From assembly GCA_965112735.1 (NCBI GenBank), contig OZ218961.1:1116001-1180000 (forward strand): a stretch of DNA of 64,000 nucleotides. Direction: 5' to 3'. The translations under genes were made by a program, and so were the position numbers. Below the pieces are notes generated by a model that was not told the origin of the DNA, ran no database searches, and worked only from the letters and a program-made list of their open reading frames with translations. Source of the stretch: Phaeosaccion multiseriatum. Its lineage: Eukaryota > Protista > Ochrophyta, other classes. Below are positions 1-11,132 of this stretch, piece by piece. Positions within the stretch are counted from its first letter, which is position 1; each line of letters opens with the position of its first letter.

Positions 1-5
1 CATAC

Positions 6-1247
6 CTCTGCTACGGCCTTGAGTGCCGTCTTGAGCACTGCTGGCTGCAGCTGCAGGAGGAGGGGGGGCACAGACGGCAAGCCCCTTGAACCACTGCCCG
101 CCATGGCTAGTCGGGTATGGCGGGAGCTTCGTATGCCTAGGAGTAGGGGGACGGGAGGGTGAGGGGTGAAGGGAGAGAGAGAGGGAGAAAGAAGGAGGGA
201 GGGAGGGGGGGGTGAAGGGAGAGAAAGAGAGAGAGAGTGGGGGGGAAGGACAGCGTCAGTGAGGGAGCGAGCGAGGCACGTTGGGCAGCAAGGAAGGACA
301 GCAGAAAGGAGGGCCGCGGAGGAGAGGGGGAGAGAGCGGGAGGAGAGAGAAGGAGAGAGAGGCCGACAAAATCGGTGACGAGCTCGCCTCAACAGCAAGA
401 AGCTTACGCAAAGCGAGGGGAGCGAAATACCAGACACAAATGAGAGAGAGAGGAAGAAGAAAGAGAGCCAGGGAGGGAGACAGAGAGAGAGAGAGGAAAA
501 GCAAGGGGAGAGAAAATTGGACATTGGACGTATCCAGTAAGTAGTACTTCCATGACTGTGTTTTAGGGGTAAGCCCATCTATTCCATGCTGACCCACCTG
601 CTCTTCCCCTTGCAGCTAAGGTCTGCTCCCGATGAGCTGCTACTGCTCCTCCCTCTACTATTGATGCTGCTGCTCCTCCTTCTGCTATCGATGTTGCTGC
701 TGTGGATCCTGGCGGCCCTGCTAGAGAGCCTCGTGAAAGGTGCGAGGGACGGCGTGAAGCACCTCCTGCAGACATGGCCAGGGCTCTCGCTGTGGAGCTC
801 TCCCGACGAGAAGGGAGTCTGCAGCCGCAGGCCTTTCTGCTCCCCCCGATTCCCTCGCGCGCCTGCCGCTGCAGATGCTGCGTAGTGGAGACAGGGGGAA
901 AGAGAGAGGGAGAGAGAAAGAAAGAAAGAAGGAGAGAGAGAGAGAGAGAGAGAGATAGAGGGAGAGAGAGAGAGATTGATTGATTCGGGAGGCAACTTGG
1001 GAGTAATAACGTGCCTGAAGCGAAGCTGACTCCTGTCGCTCCGCCGATGCCAAGAAAGGAAAAAAAAAAAGGGGATGCAACAGGCCTTGCACAGCGTCAC
1101 AGACGGACGACTCACCGAGAGGCCATCTCTTACACAGGAGGGGAATATGCGAGCGGGCTGCTGCCACGCTGAGCACTGGGCGAGCAACAGGAGTATGAAG
1201 CCTATGCAACCACGGGACCGCTGTCCGTTCTGTATGGAAAGAAGCAT
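6..1247 (-). CDS. 5' part of a probable plastid-targeted protein (exons 1116-1247, 598-877, 6-136; continues beyond the window start); possibly a membrane transporter
   Basis: The exons join in frame through GT-AG introns (phases 0 and 1): MLLSIQNGQRSRGCIGFILLLLAQCSA-WQQPARIF...|HLQRQAREG...RGRA|GIRSSRHTRLAM...LLLQLQPAVLKTALKAVAE|. A hydrophobic signal peptide ends at CSA-W (ASAFAP-like, aromatic residue at +1), followed by an R/S/A-rich transit-like stretch. The product beyond this is not identifiable here. Confidence 0.6.
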
Positions 1248-1323
1248 AGTTCTCCTCGTTGGCTTGGCAATGGTGAAGGAAAATGAACAAAAAGGGGGAA
1301 GAGGAGGAGAATAAGTCAATGAC

Positions 1324-1484
1324 AAAATCGAGGTGCTCGATTTTCAGGCCCTCAGCCCTGATTATTTTAACTCACCATCTTGAATGGTGGTGAGGTGGTG
1401 AGTGGGTGACATTAGCGCGAAACAGCCTCACCATCTTGAATGGTGGTGAGGTGGCGAGTGAGTGAAATGAGGCAGTCAGGGCTC
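1324..1484. repeat. Hairpin and direct-repeat cluster in a divergent promoter region
   Basis: Perfect 9-bp stem AAAATCGAG-gtg-CTCGATTTT at 1324-1344. Two copies of CTCACCATCTTGAATGGTGGTGAGGTGG (1371 and 1427, period 56), each self-complementary at CTCACCA..TGGTGAG. Flanked by the short inverted pair AGCCCTGA/TCAGGGCT. Confidence 0.6.
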
Positions 1485-2546
1485 ATGCAGGGGGCTAAGG
1501 GGGGTGGTGGGCGGGGCTGCCTCTTTTGCCTGGCGCAACCGGGCCAACAGCAGCACTACAGTTGTGAGCGCGTGGACCTCGCAAGTATTCGCTTCGAGTC
1601 AGAGCCAGGCAGACGTTCTTAGCCGCTCTTTCTTACGTAGTACTACGAAAGATGGAGACAGACCTTTTTACTTCGCGGGCGGCCTCTGAGCCAGGAACTG
1701 TGGAATAAAAGCGTTACCTTCCGCTCTGCCCCCCCTCCAGCTAGCCCCGTCCGTCCTGTTCGGAAGGCGCCACTCTGCATCAGGCATACAGTAGTCAGTA
1801 GCAATGTGGGTGCGTGTGTGGGAGGGCCGGCTATCTGAGATTTGGAACTCATGCATACGTAAGGATTAGTTCACAATTTCAGTTCTGTTTGCCATTTGGA
1901 TTGCTGAGAGAGTCACGAGGTGGAGCTCAAGACGACAGTGGCACCGTATATGAAAGGGTAGGGGGGGGTAAGAAAGGTGGAGAAGAACGAGCCGAGAACG
2001 GCCGTCATCACGGTCCAGTCAGGGAAGAACGGCATCTTAGCTAGCACTTGGGCCGAGCGGCGCCAGTTGGGACAAAAATTCAAACGGGGGCTTGCGAGAG
2101 CAGAGACTTGGTACTGCCTCTGCGCAGCAGGAGGAGGACGCAGGCTCTCCAGCAGCAGAGGGGGCGCTCAGAACAGCACATCAGCCCTAGTAAGGGCTGC
2201 TGAAGAGCAGGCTGTGGAGTGAAGGCGCGAGAGGAGGTGGCGTTGGGACAGCCCTGGAAGCCGGCTCTCATATCGACGTTCAGCAGAGATCACTCAACAG
2301 CCGCAGACAGCAGCAGGGAGAGGTCAGAGCAAGACACAGACCGCAACAAGGGCTATTGAGGAGCACATATACGCTGCTGGGAGCAAGTGGCGCAGCGAGA
2401 AAGGAACCACTTGAGCATCCAAAGAAAATTGTTCGGTACGGTGCACACGCAGCATAGACGCACACCACGGACAGGGCAGGAGCAGGGAGACCTTATAGCA
2501 GGACAAGAAGGGCTGCTCAAGAGGAGCTCACTCAAGCGTAAAGGAG

Positions 2547-4040
2547 ATGGCGAGGGCGCAGCGAGCAGCGAGACAGCCGATTCCACGGGTGAGCGAGGGG
2601 GGGGCTGTCGCTGCGGTGGATCCTCGCACAAGCTCTGATGCATCGTTCATCGAGCTGCTCCTGGACTTGCATCAAGACCCAAGCATGCACGACACCATAC
2701 GCTTTGAGAATGGTGAGTGAGTGAGTTCGTTCAATGCATACCTCCCCTGCTCATGTTCCTTTGTGTTGCCCGTTCCGAGACGTCAATTGGCTTCCAATGC
2801 TCACTCCTGAACAATTGCGTCTCTCGACTCTGGAAGGTACCCTCACTGTCCACAGCAAGGTGGGCGTCATGAAGACGGTGACAAGATTCAAAAGGTGAGA
2901 AGAAGTGCGCAAGCGAGAAGGGCGCCAACCCTCCCCCGCCGCAGCTGCTCACCCCCACCAAGGACTCGAGCGTGCCCTCACCCTTGTGTCGCGCTTCCGC
3001 CGCCTGCATGCACTCGCCTTTTATTGTCTTGCCTCAGCTTCGCGAACTTTGCCCGCCAGCTCAGCTACTATCACTTCAAGCTGGTGAAAGCTGGTGAAGG
3101 GGTCCGCAAACACTTGGACACGGCGCGCTTCGTCCTGGACCCGATACTGGCTAAGGTAGGGCATGCAAATTTGCTCCAGCCCTGGCCCACTCCCAATGGG
3201 GCGAACTTTGGCGCCACAATCCTTAGGGGCCTTCCGAGGAAACAGAGCGTCAAGAGCGTCAAGAGCGGGAAGAGCGGGAAGGGACGCACGAAGGGCCGTA
3301 GCGGTCCTGCAAGCAAGAAGCCGATCATGATCAAGGGGGGGAGAGCGGGGGGCATCGAAATGGCCGTCAACAGCGTCAAGAGAGGCAAGGAGTGCCACAA
3401 GATGAGAAAGCCTAAGCTTGCTCATGAGGAGGAGGAGGAGGCGGACAAGGAGGAGGAGGAGGAGGAGGAGGAGGAGGACCAGGAGGAGAGGAACAGGGGG
3501 ACGACGACAGCAGATGGCGACGAGGAGGGAGCGGAGGGAGTGCAGGAGTTGCGTCGAGGCTCGTCAACACTTCCTACGCCCCACCAGATGCAAGCGATAG
3601 CTGCTACGGACACCGCCGCCGCTGCTGGTGCTGTAGCTGCTCCCAGTGATGGTGGGTTCGAAGCCGCTGCCGCCGCCGCTGCTGCTGCTGCTGCTGCTGC
3701 TCCAAGAGGTTGTGGGCTGTGGGGGCTTATGAAGCGGCCTCTGAGTTCAGGGGTCACTCCGGTGGACGGAGGGCAGGAGGGAGGGGACGGGGGCAGCAGC
3801 GGTGGTGCCGTGGGCGAAATCCGCTTCCTTTGTCCTGACCTTCCGAAAGGGCAGCGACGACCCTTCCTTTTGCGACCAAACATGAGCCCCCGAGCGTTGA
3901 ATGCCTGCTTCGAGCCCGAGAGCAACGGCCTTGTACTGCCTTCCGCAGTGGAGGTGGAAGCGATCAAGCCACTGGACGAGTCAGAGGAGATGGACTGGCT
4001 CGACTTTGTAAGTTTCGAGGAGGGAGAGGAGCACGATTGA
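2547..4040 (+). CDS. Divergent HSF-type DNA-binding-domain protein, paralogue A (exons 2547-2712, 2837-2894, 3038-4040)
   Basis: Spliced product: MARAQRAARQPIPRV...ASFIELLLDLHQDPSMHDTIRFEN|GTLTVHSKVGVMKTVTRFK|SFANFARQLSYYHFKLVK...LLQPW...TILRGLPRK. This matches the HSF DBD layout (F..L..l..D...I.W..G.f.v...F....SFvRQLn.YgF.K...LL..i.RK). A K/R-rich NLS-like region, an acidic run and an acidic-aromatic C-terminus (EEMDWLDFVSFEE) follow. Confidence 0.8.
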
Positions 4041-5604
4041 GTGAGTGAGCTGTGCAGTGGGCATGCAGCCCGCCCTTTGGAGTGAGCCGCACCTTCGAGC
4101 CAGCCAGCTGCAACACTCCACCAGCCCAACTCACTCCTGCAGAGGGCAGAGGTAAGGTAGGGCGACGTTTGACTGATCCTTTGGGGCTGTCAGACGTTGA
4201 TCTATCTATACCATGGTAGGGCGGAGGGTGAAAGCTCCTACTCCGCCCCCAGAAGTTAAGTTAAACCGCCCCCAGAAGTTAAGTTAAAGATGCAGTCATT
4301 GGCTTTGATGTCCCTGCCATATTGGACCTCAGCCGAGACTGCAAGCACAGCACTGCGCAAAAGTTTAAAATGGTGATAGAGCACCGTGCAGCAGTTGGTG
4401 ATACAGCGGTGTGTGTGTGTGCGGGGGGGAGGTTAAAAAATTCGCACACCGGCACACCGTAGTAGAGCAATAAGTGTTCTTTCTATTCAATTAAATATTA
4501 TGGAATAAATGGGAGGAATCAATCTACTCAAAGCGGCTTCCTTCGGAGCTGCTGCACCATGGTCTGTAGCCCAACATTCCGTCACATCACGCAGTTTGTC
4601 CTCTTCTCGCTGCTCTCTCCTTCTCACCCCGCTCTCTATCCCATCCCTCCCCCTCTCCCTCTCGCCCTCCCTCTCGATGTTGCATTCTCTCTCTCTTCCC
4701 TCTCTTTCTCTCCCTCCCTCTCGCACGCACGCACACGTCCTCCCATTCTCCCGAGGAATGATCGAGAAGGCAAGGCAAGCCACAAAGTCTCCGCTCTGCC
4801 CCCCCCCCGGCCCGTCCGTCCTGTTCGGAAGGCGCCACTCTGCATCAGGCATAGTCAGTAGCAGTGTGGGCGCGTGTGTGGGAGGGCCGGCTATCTGAAA
4901 TTTGGAACTCATACTTACGTAAGGATTAGTTCACAATTTCAGTGCTACTTGCCATTTGGATTGCTGAGAGAGTCACGAGGTGGAGCTCAAGACGACAGTG
5001 GCAGCGTATATGACAGTGCCAGGGGTGTTTTGCAAGGTGGAGAAGAACGAGCCGAGAACGGCCGTCGACGCGGTCCAGTCAGGGAAGAATGGCATCTTAG
5101 CTAGCACTTGGGCCGAGCGGCGCCAGTTGGGCAAAAATTCAAACGGGGGCTTGCGAGAGCAGAGACTTGATACTGCCTCTGTGCAGCAGGAGAGAAAGAC
5201 TGCTCACCAGCAGCCGAGAGAGACCTCAGAACAGCACGTCAGCCACCATATAGGCTGCTGAAGAGTAGGCTGTGGAGTGAAGGCGCGAGAGGAGGCAGCG
5301 TTGGGACAGCCCTGGAAGCCGGCTTTCATCTCGACGCTCAGCAGAGATCACGCACCAGCCGCAGACAGCAGCAGGGAGAGGTCAGAGCAAGACACAGACC
5401 GCAAGAAGGGCTATTGAGGAGCACAGGTACGCTGCTGGGAGCACGTGGCGCAGAGGGAAAGGAACCACTTGAGCATCCAAAGAAAGTTGTTCGGTACGGG
5501 GCACACGCAGCAGAGGCGCACACCACGGACACGGTAGGAGCAGAGGGACCTTATAGCAGGACAAAAAGGGCTGCTCAAGAGGAGCTCACTCAAGCGTAGA
5601 GGAG

Positions 5605-6937
5605 ATGGCGAGGGCGCAGGGAGCAGGGAACCAGCGCATCGCCCAAGTTGAAGGGAGGACTGAAGCTGCAGTTGATCCTCGCACAAGCTCTGATGCATCG
5701 TTCATCGATCTGCTCCTGGACTTGCATCAGGACCCAAAGATGCACGGCATCATACGCTTTGAGAATGGTGAGTGAGTGGGTTCGTTCAATGCCTCCCCTG
5801 CTCATGCTCCTTTGTGTTGCCCGTTCCGAGACGTCAATTGGCTTCCAATGCTCACCCCTGAAGAATTGCGTCTCGACCCTGGAAGGTACCCTCACTGTTT
5901 ACAGCAAGGTGGGCGTCATGAAGGCCGTGACGGCAAGGCTCAATAGGTAAGAAGAGGGAATGCGTGCGGCAGGATGGGGAGTCAACACACCTCGCTCCGC
6001 CCAGCTGCTTTCCCATGTTCTAGCAAACTGCAGGCTTTAACTCACCCTCGTATCGCTCTTCCGCTGCCTGCATTGCATTCGACTCTTTTCTCCTTACCTC
6101 AGTTTCGACAACTTTGCCCGCCAGCTCAGCTACCATCACTTCAGGCTAGTGAGAGAGGTCCACAAGCACCCGGACACGGCGCGCTTCGTCCTGGACTCGT
6201 CCTTGCTGAAGCAGCTTGGGCGTGCAGATTTGCTCAAGCCCTGGCCCTCATCCAACTTGTCTAACTATGGCGCCACAATCCTTCAAAGCCTTCCCAGGAG
6301 GAAGCCGAACAACACCACGAGCGTTGAGGGCGGGCAGGGAAGCGCCACGGCTCTGGAGACGGCCACCAAGAGCGTCAAGAGGGGTAAGGAGTGTCGCAAG
6401 ACGAGCAAGCTTAAGCTTGCCAAGGAGGAGAAGGAGGAGGAGGAGGAGCAGGGGAAGGAGCAGGAGCAGGGGAAGGAGCAGGAGAGGGAGAGGAAAGGGG
6501 GAAGGATGGCAGCAGATGACGATGAGAAGGGGGCGGAGGGAGAGCAGGAGCTGCATCGAGGCTCCTCAACACACGATAAAGCTTGCCAGACGGAAGGAGG
6601 GGCGGCTGCTCCACCGGCTGCTGCTGCTCCCCATCGTGGTGAGAGGCGGAGGAGGCATAGGCAGCCTCGTGGTGCAGCGCTCACACAGGAGGATGACGGG
6701 CAGGAGGGAGGGGGTAGGAAGGACAGCCGCGGCGGTGCGATGGGCGGAGTCCGCTGCCTCTGTCCTGACCATCCACAAGGGCAGCGAGAACCCTTCTTTT
6801 GGCGCCCAATCATGAGCCCAAGCTTAAACTTGAGCAAACTCAGCAGGAATGCCACGCCGTTCCGACCGGGGAGCCTTGACCTTCCGACGAGTGCCGTATG
6901 GGAGAAAGAAGACCCTCGCTTCCTGTACGCTCTTTGA
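5605..6937 (+). CDS. Divergent HSF-type DBD protein, paralogue B (exons 5605-5767, 5886-5946, 6103-6937)
   Basis: Same intron positions and phases as A: ...SFIDLLLDLHQDPKMHGIIRFEN|GTLTVYSKVGVMKAVTARLN|SFDNFARQLSYHHFRLVREVHKHPDTARFVLD...TILQSLPRRK... Confidence 0.78.
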
Positions 6938-7019
6938 GAGCCCTTCCGTGCCCATCTACCCCACGGAGCTGCTGCTGGATGCGCGTGCGACGATGTACGT
7001 TGAGGAAGGGGGGGAGCGC

Positions 7020-7238
7020 GAGTGAGTGAGTGAGTGAGTGAGCCAGTGAGTGTGTGTGAGTGAGTGACTGAGTGTGTGCGTGTGATTGAGTGAGTGTGTG
7101 CGAGACTGAGTTACTGACTGACTGAGTGAGTGAGTGAGTGAGTGAGTGAGTGAGTGAGTGAGTGAGTGAGTGAGTGAGTGAGTGAGTGAGTGAGTGAGTG
7201 AGTGAGTGAGTGAGTGAGTGAGTGAGTGAGTGAGTGAG
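7020..7238. repeat. (GAGT)n microsatellite in the 3' flank of paralogue B
   Basis: Directly visible. The same site carries ~2-3 units after A and D, and ~13 units after E. Confidence 0.95.
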
Positions 7239-8144
7239 CTGTGCAGTGGGCATGCAGCCCGCCCTTTGCAGTGAGCCGGCCCCTTCGAGCCAGCCAGCTG
7301 CAACACTCCGCCCCCCCCCCCCCCACACTCCTCCACAGGTAAGGTATGGCGTCCTCTGACCGATCCTTTGGGGCTGTCAGACGTCGTTCTATACGATGGT
7401 GGGGCGGGGAGTCCAAGCTCCCACCTCGCTCCATCAAGTTAAGTTAACAGATGCAGCGCGCGGCCTTGACGTCGCTGCCATATTGGACTTCAGCCGAGGC
7501 AACGGCAATACACGGCACAACAGTTGGTGATACAAGCCCACATGGCAGCAGTTGGTAATACCGCACAGCAGCACTCACTTGGCAACCCCCCCTCGTTCCT
7601 GTGTATGTGTGGGCTTGCCTTTGTCTACCTGTCTCTTTGGCTATCGGCTACTCTCCCTCGCGAGGAGAAAACGAGGAGGGTATGGTCGGGCAGCAACACA
7701 GCATTCAAATCTCCACACCGCGCCCCCTCTTAGCCAGCTCTGTCTGCCCTCATTGGAGGGTGCCACTTGTTATCAGATTCAATGCTTAGGCAGTTCAGTG
7801 TGGGTGTGTGTGTGGGGGTGAGACCTGAAATTGAGAACTCATCCTTGCAGAGGAAATGGTGCACAGTGAGTGAGTGAGAGGTGGAGCTGCTGCAGAGGAG
7901 AGAAGCACCGTACAGGGCAGTGCAGGGGGGCAGGGGCACGGTCAAGGGGAGAGAGAAACGAGGACCGTTCCGGGACCTTTCTTCACTTTCAGTAAGTCAA
8001 TGCGATTTTAAATGCCCAACGGTGTCTTTAAGCCAGGGGCTTTTTGGAGCAAAAGCTCAGCTCAGGCAGAGCAGTGGCAGACGGAGCTCAGAACATCACA
8101 TATGGCATCGACGGTTGCTGAAGAGGAGCTCACGTGTATCTGAC

Positions 8145-9480
8145 ATGATGGCAAGCCGGCTGGAGCGGAAGAGGAGCAGGAATAGCGATGGGAAAGTGCC
8201 AGCAGCTCCGGAAGGACCCAAGACCCCAGCAAGCCAGGAGACAAGACACGAGAGCGGGCTCGCTGCAGCCACCGCAAGCCATCCCCGAAAAAGCAGAGTG
8301 AGGAAGAGGGGAGGAGGAGGAGGAGGAGCAGCCAAGGTGGCGAACGTGGGGGCTGCCGCTGCAGATAACCCTCGGGCTAAAAACTCCAAGGTACCCTTCC
8401 CCGAACTTCTTGTCGATTTAACTCAAGACGAGAGCCTGCATGGAGTCATACGCTTTGATACTGGTGAGTATGGTCGTCGGGTGATGTGTGTTCGCTCAAT
8501 TGGCTTCTAATCCACTTTTTCCTCTTCCCTTTCTTCCTCACCCCGCCCTTCACATGAACTAACACTTGTCACTCTGGAAGGTATCCTCACTGTGTACAGC
8601 AAGAAGAAATTAATGGATATCATAGGCGAGCGCTTCAAATGGTGAGAAGGAGTGATTGTAACAGCACAAAGAGTGTGCACCTCCCCCCACCACATCCAAT
8701 CCTGCCCCCTTTAATTGCTCGAACACAACAAAGCATGTCTCACGTTCATTCTGTTGTATCGCTCTCTCGCTGCCTGCATGGGCCCCTCCTTGCCTCGCCT
8801 CAGCTACGACAGCTTCGCGCGCCAGCTCAAGTACTACCACTTTAAGCTGCTGCAACAACAGGACGCAGGACATTCTGACCAGGCCTGCTACACTCTGAGC
8901 CAGACATTGGCTGATGTAAGGTGTGGGCATTTGCTCAAGTCCTGGCCCTCTTCCACCACGCCAGGCTATGGTGCCTCAATCCTTCGAAGCCTTCCGAGGA
9001 AACAGGGGGTGAAGACCAGGAAGAACGGGAAGGGGCGCGCATCAATTCCGAAGAGGCCCACCAAGAGTGCTAAGAGGGGCGTCGGAAGGCCTGCCAATAG
9101 CGACAGGAGGGGGACCAAGAGGCGCGCCGAGGTGAGGAACCCAGAGCCTGCGCGAGAGTTGGAGCTGGAGGAGGAGGAGGAGGAGGAGGAGGAGGAGGAG
9201 GAGGAGGAGGAGGAGGAGGAGAGGGGGATGAGAGAGGAGAAGAAGAAAGGGAGGAGGATGGGGAAGGGGGGGGTGGAGAAGAAGATAGAGGGGAGGGGAG
9301 GGCAGAGGAGGAAGGAGATGGAGGAGGAGGGGGAGGAGGAGGAGGAGGAGGAGGAGGAGGAGGAGGAGGAGGAGGAGGAGGAGGAGGAGGAGGAGGAGGA
9401 GGAGGAGGAGGAGGAGGAGGAGGAGGAGGAGGAGGAGGAGGAGGAGGAGGAGGAGGAGGAGGAGGAGGAGGAGGAGCAGA

Positions 9481-9514
<34 letters not shown>

Positions 9515-9839
9515 CCGAACGACGGACGAGGAAGAGGAGGAGGAAGGGGAGGGGGAGGAGGATGAGCAGGAGGGGCGGGAGGAAGAGGAGGAAGAGGATG
9601 AAGAGAGCCTGACCCCGGGTGTGTTTTCTTTCTTGAAGGCCCGCGCGGGTGAGGAGGCAGCACCGGAGACCAGCTTGACTCAGGTGCTACAGCAAGAGGC
9701 AGCTGGGATGGAGGGTTCGACGGAGAGGATCAGCCTCATGGACCAGGCAGCGGAGCTGTACCCGAGTATCGCCCTGCAAGAGGAAGAGGACATTCTCCTT
9801 CATCATTTTGGTGGTTTGGAAGAGGGCAGCAGCGCGTGA
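8145..9839 (+). CDS. Divergent HSF-type DBD protein, paralogue C (exons 8145-8463, 8581-8641, 8804-9839), with long poly-Glu tracts
   Basis: ...KVPFPELLVDLTQDESLHGVIRFDT|GILTVYSKKKLMDIIGERFK|CYDSFARQLKYYHFKLLQ...ILRSLPRK. Same two introns as A and B. (GAG)n encodes E-runs at 9168-9219 and 9321-9476. Confidence 0.8.
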
Positions 9840-10755
9840 GTGAGAAACAAACGTGAGAGGTGAACCGCTGCTCTCACTGCTGCCACTGCGGGAGCGCAGC
9901 GTGCGTGTGCTGGCCTCCTGCCCCTCTTGGTGCTGTGTGGATTTCCAACAGCATCTGCAGGTTCATTAGTTCGGTACAAGCTTGGTACACCTAGTAGACC
10001 GGGAGAAGGGGGAGTGTGTTCCCTTAGGGCCTGCCTGGGGCCCGGAATTGGCATTCTTCTTCCTCTCCCTTCGTACAGCGTAGAGATTAAGGTTAGGGGG
10101 TGTTCACATTGTTCTGTTATTATAGTCTTCACACACATGAGTCTGTAAGGAGTAGACCGATACCGCTCTTACAGCTCTATCACTCTCCCGTCCATATGTA
10201 TATGGTTTTTGCTACAAAGAGAGAGGGGGGGTGAGGGGGAGGGAGGGAAGAGGGGGAGAGAGGGAAGCGTATTCCTCCCCTCCAACTCTCTCCGGGGCGC
10301 ATATAGCTGAAGGCTTAAGCTTAGTATAGTCTTCACACAAGTCGTGAGAAGTAGACCGCTGTCACTCTCCCAATTAGGAAAAAATTAAGAGTGAGTCTGG
10401 TTGGTGAAGTGAACCAGATTTGCTCCAAAAGGGCTCAGGTTACGTACACTTACGTAAAGTTACGGGCTGGGGGGGGAAGGCAGAGTATTCAAGGGAGCAA
10501 AAAAGAAGAAGGAGAGGCTTTGTGGGAAGGAAGGGAGACCGCTTCTTCGTGAGTGAGGGCTACCAGGTGTTTGGGTCTGGGGAGCAGCAGTAAACGGGGT
10601 TGGGTGGGGGAAGGAGAAAGGCCTGGGAGATTTAAATTCAAGACAAGGAGAGATGGGATGGAGAGAGATAGAGGGGGAGAAAGAAGGAAGGGAGGAGGGA
10701 GGAGCCTTCAGCTTTGCTTTTATTTTTCCAGAGCCTTCCCAGGGGTTGGCTTGGT

Positions 10756-11095
10756 ATGAGCTCTGAAGAGAGACATCGTGTCGCGCTGAGGAAAATGGAA
10801 GGCATGGAGGCCCCGTCCCCTTCCTCCACCTCTACAGACCAGCAGCAGGCACCAGAAGGAGCAGCCGCACAGTCGACGAAGCAGGGACCTGCGTCAAAAT
10901 TTCCGGCCCTTGCAGCAGCAGCGGAGGCAGCAGCAGCTGCAGAGGGGTGGAGGGAGCCTCCGATGGCACCTCACTCAGGGAAAGAGAACGGGGTGGCTCC
11001 CGCATCTCGCAACGTCGCAAACTCCACGACCACGGGAAGTAGAAAGTCCACCCCCCCCATAACCACCTCTAATACTACCACCACTACTGCGACCA

Positions 11096-11132
<37 letters not shown>

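Larger units (their letters stand above)
1720..7570 (+). repeat. Left arm of a segmental repeat family: two tandem ~3-kb units (1720-4790, 4790-7570), homologous in inverted orientation to 44310-49700
   Basis: The upstream block (…cggaaggcgccactctgcatcaggcat…gggagggccggctatctga…) occurs at ~1760 and ~4825, and reverse-complemented at ~46800 and ~49670. The downstream block ctgtgcagtgggcatgcagcccgccc occurs at ~4050 and ~7240, and as reverse complement at ~44520 and ~47450. Confidence 0.95.

Noticed and set aside
2895-3037. ORF-track N-termini of the HSF-like genes (MRRSAQ.., MLEHNK.., MQQHES..)
   Set aside because: They read through intron 2. Splicing at conserved GT-AG sites restores a full HSF-like DBD in all five copies.
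4980-5261. Upstream ORF MELKTTV..VEKNEPRTAV as a separate gene
   Set aside because: It has a GTG start, is interrupted by TAG in the A-type copy, has variable ends and shows no recognisable domain.
10121-10370. Imperfect direct repeat tatagtcttcacaca..gtagaccg at ~10121 and ~10326
   Set aside because: Short, degenerate and only two copies, with no supportable function.
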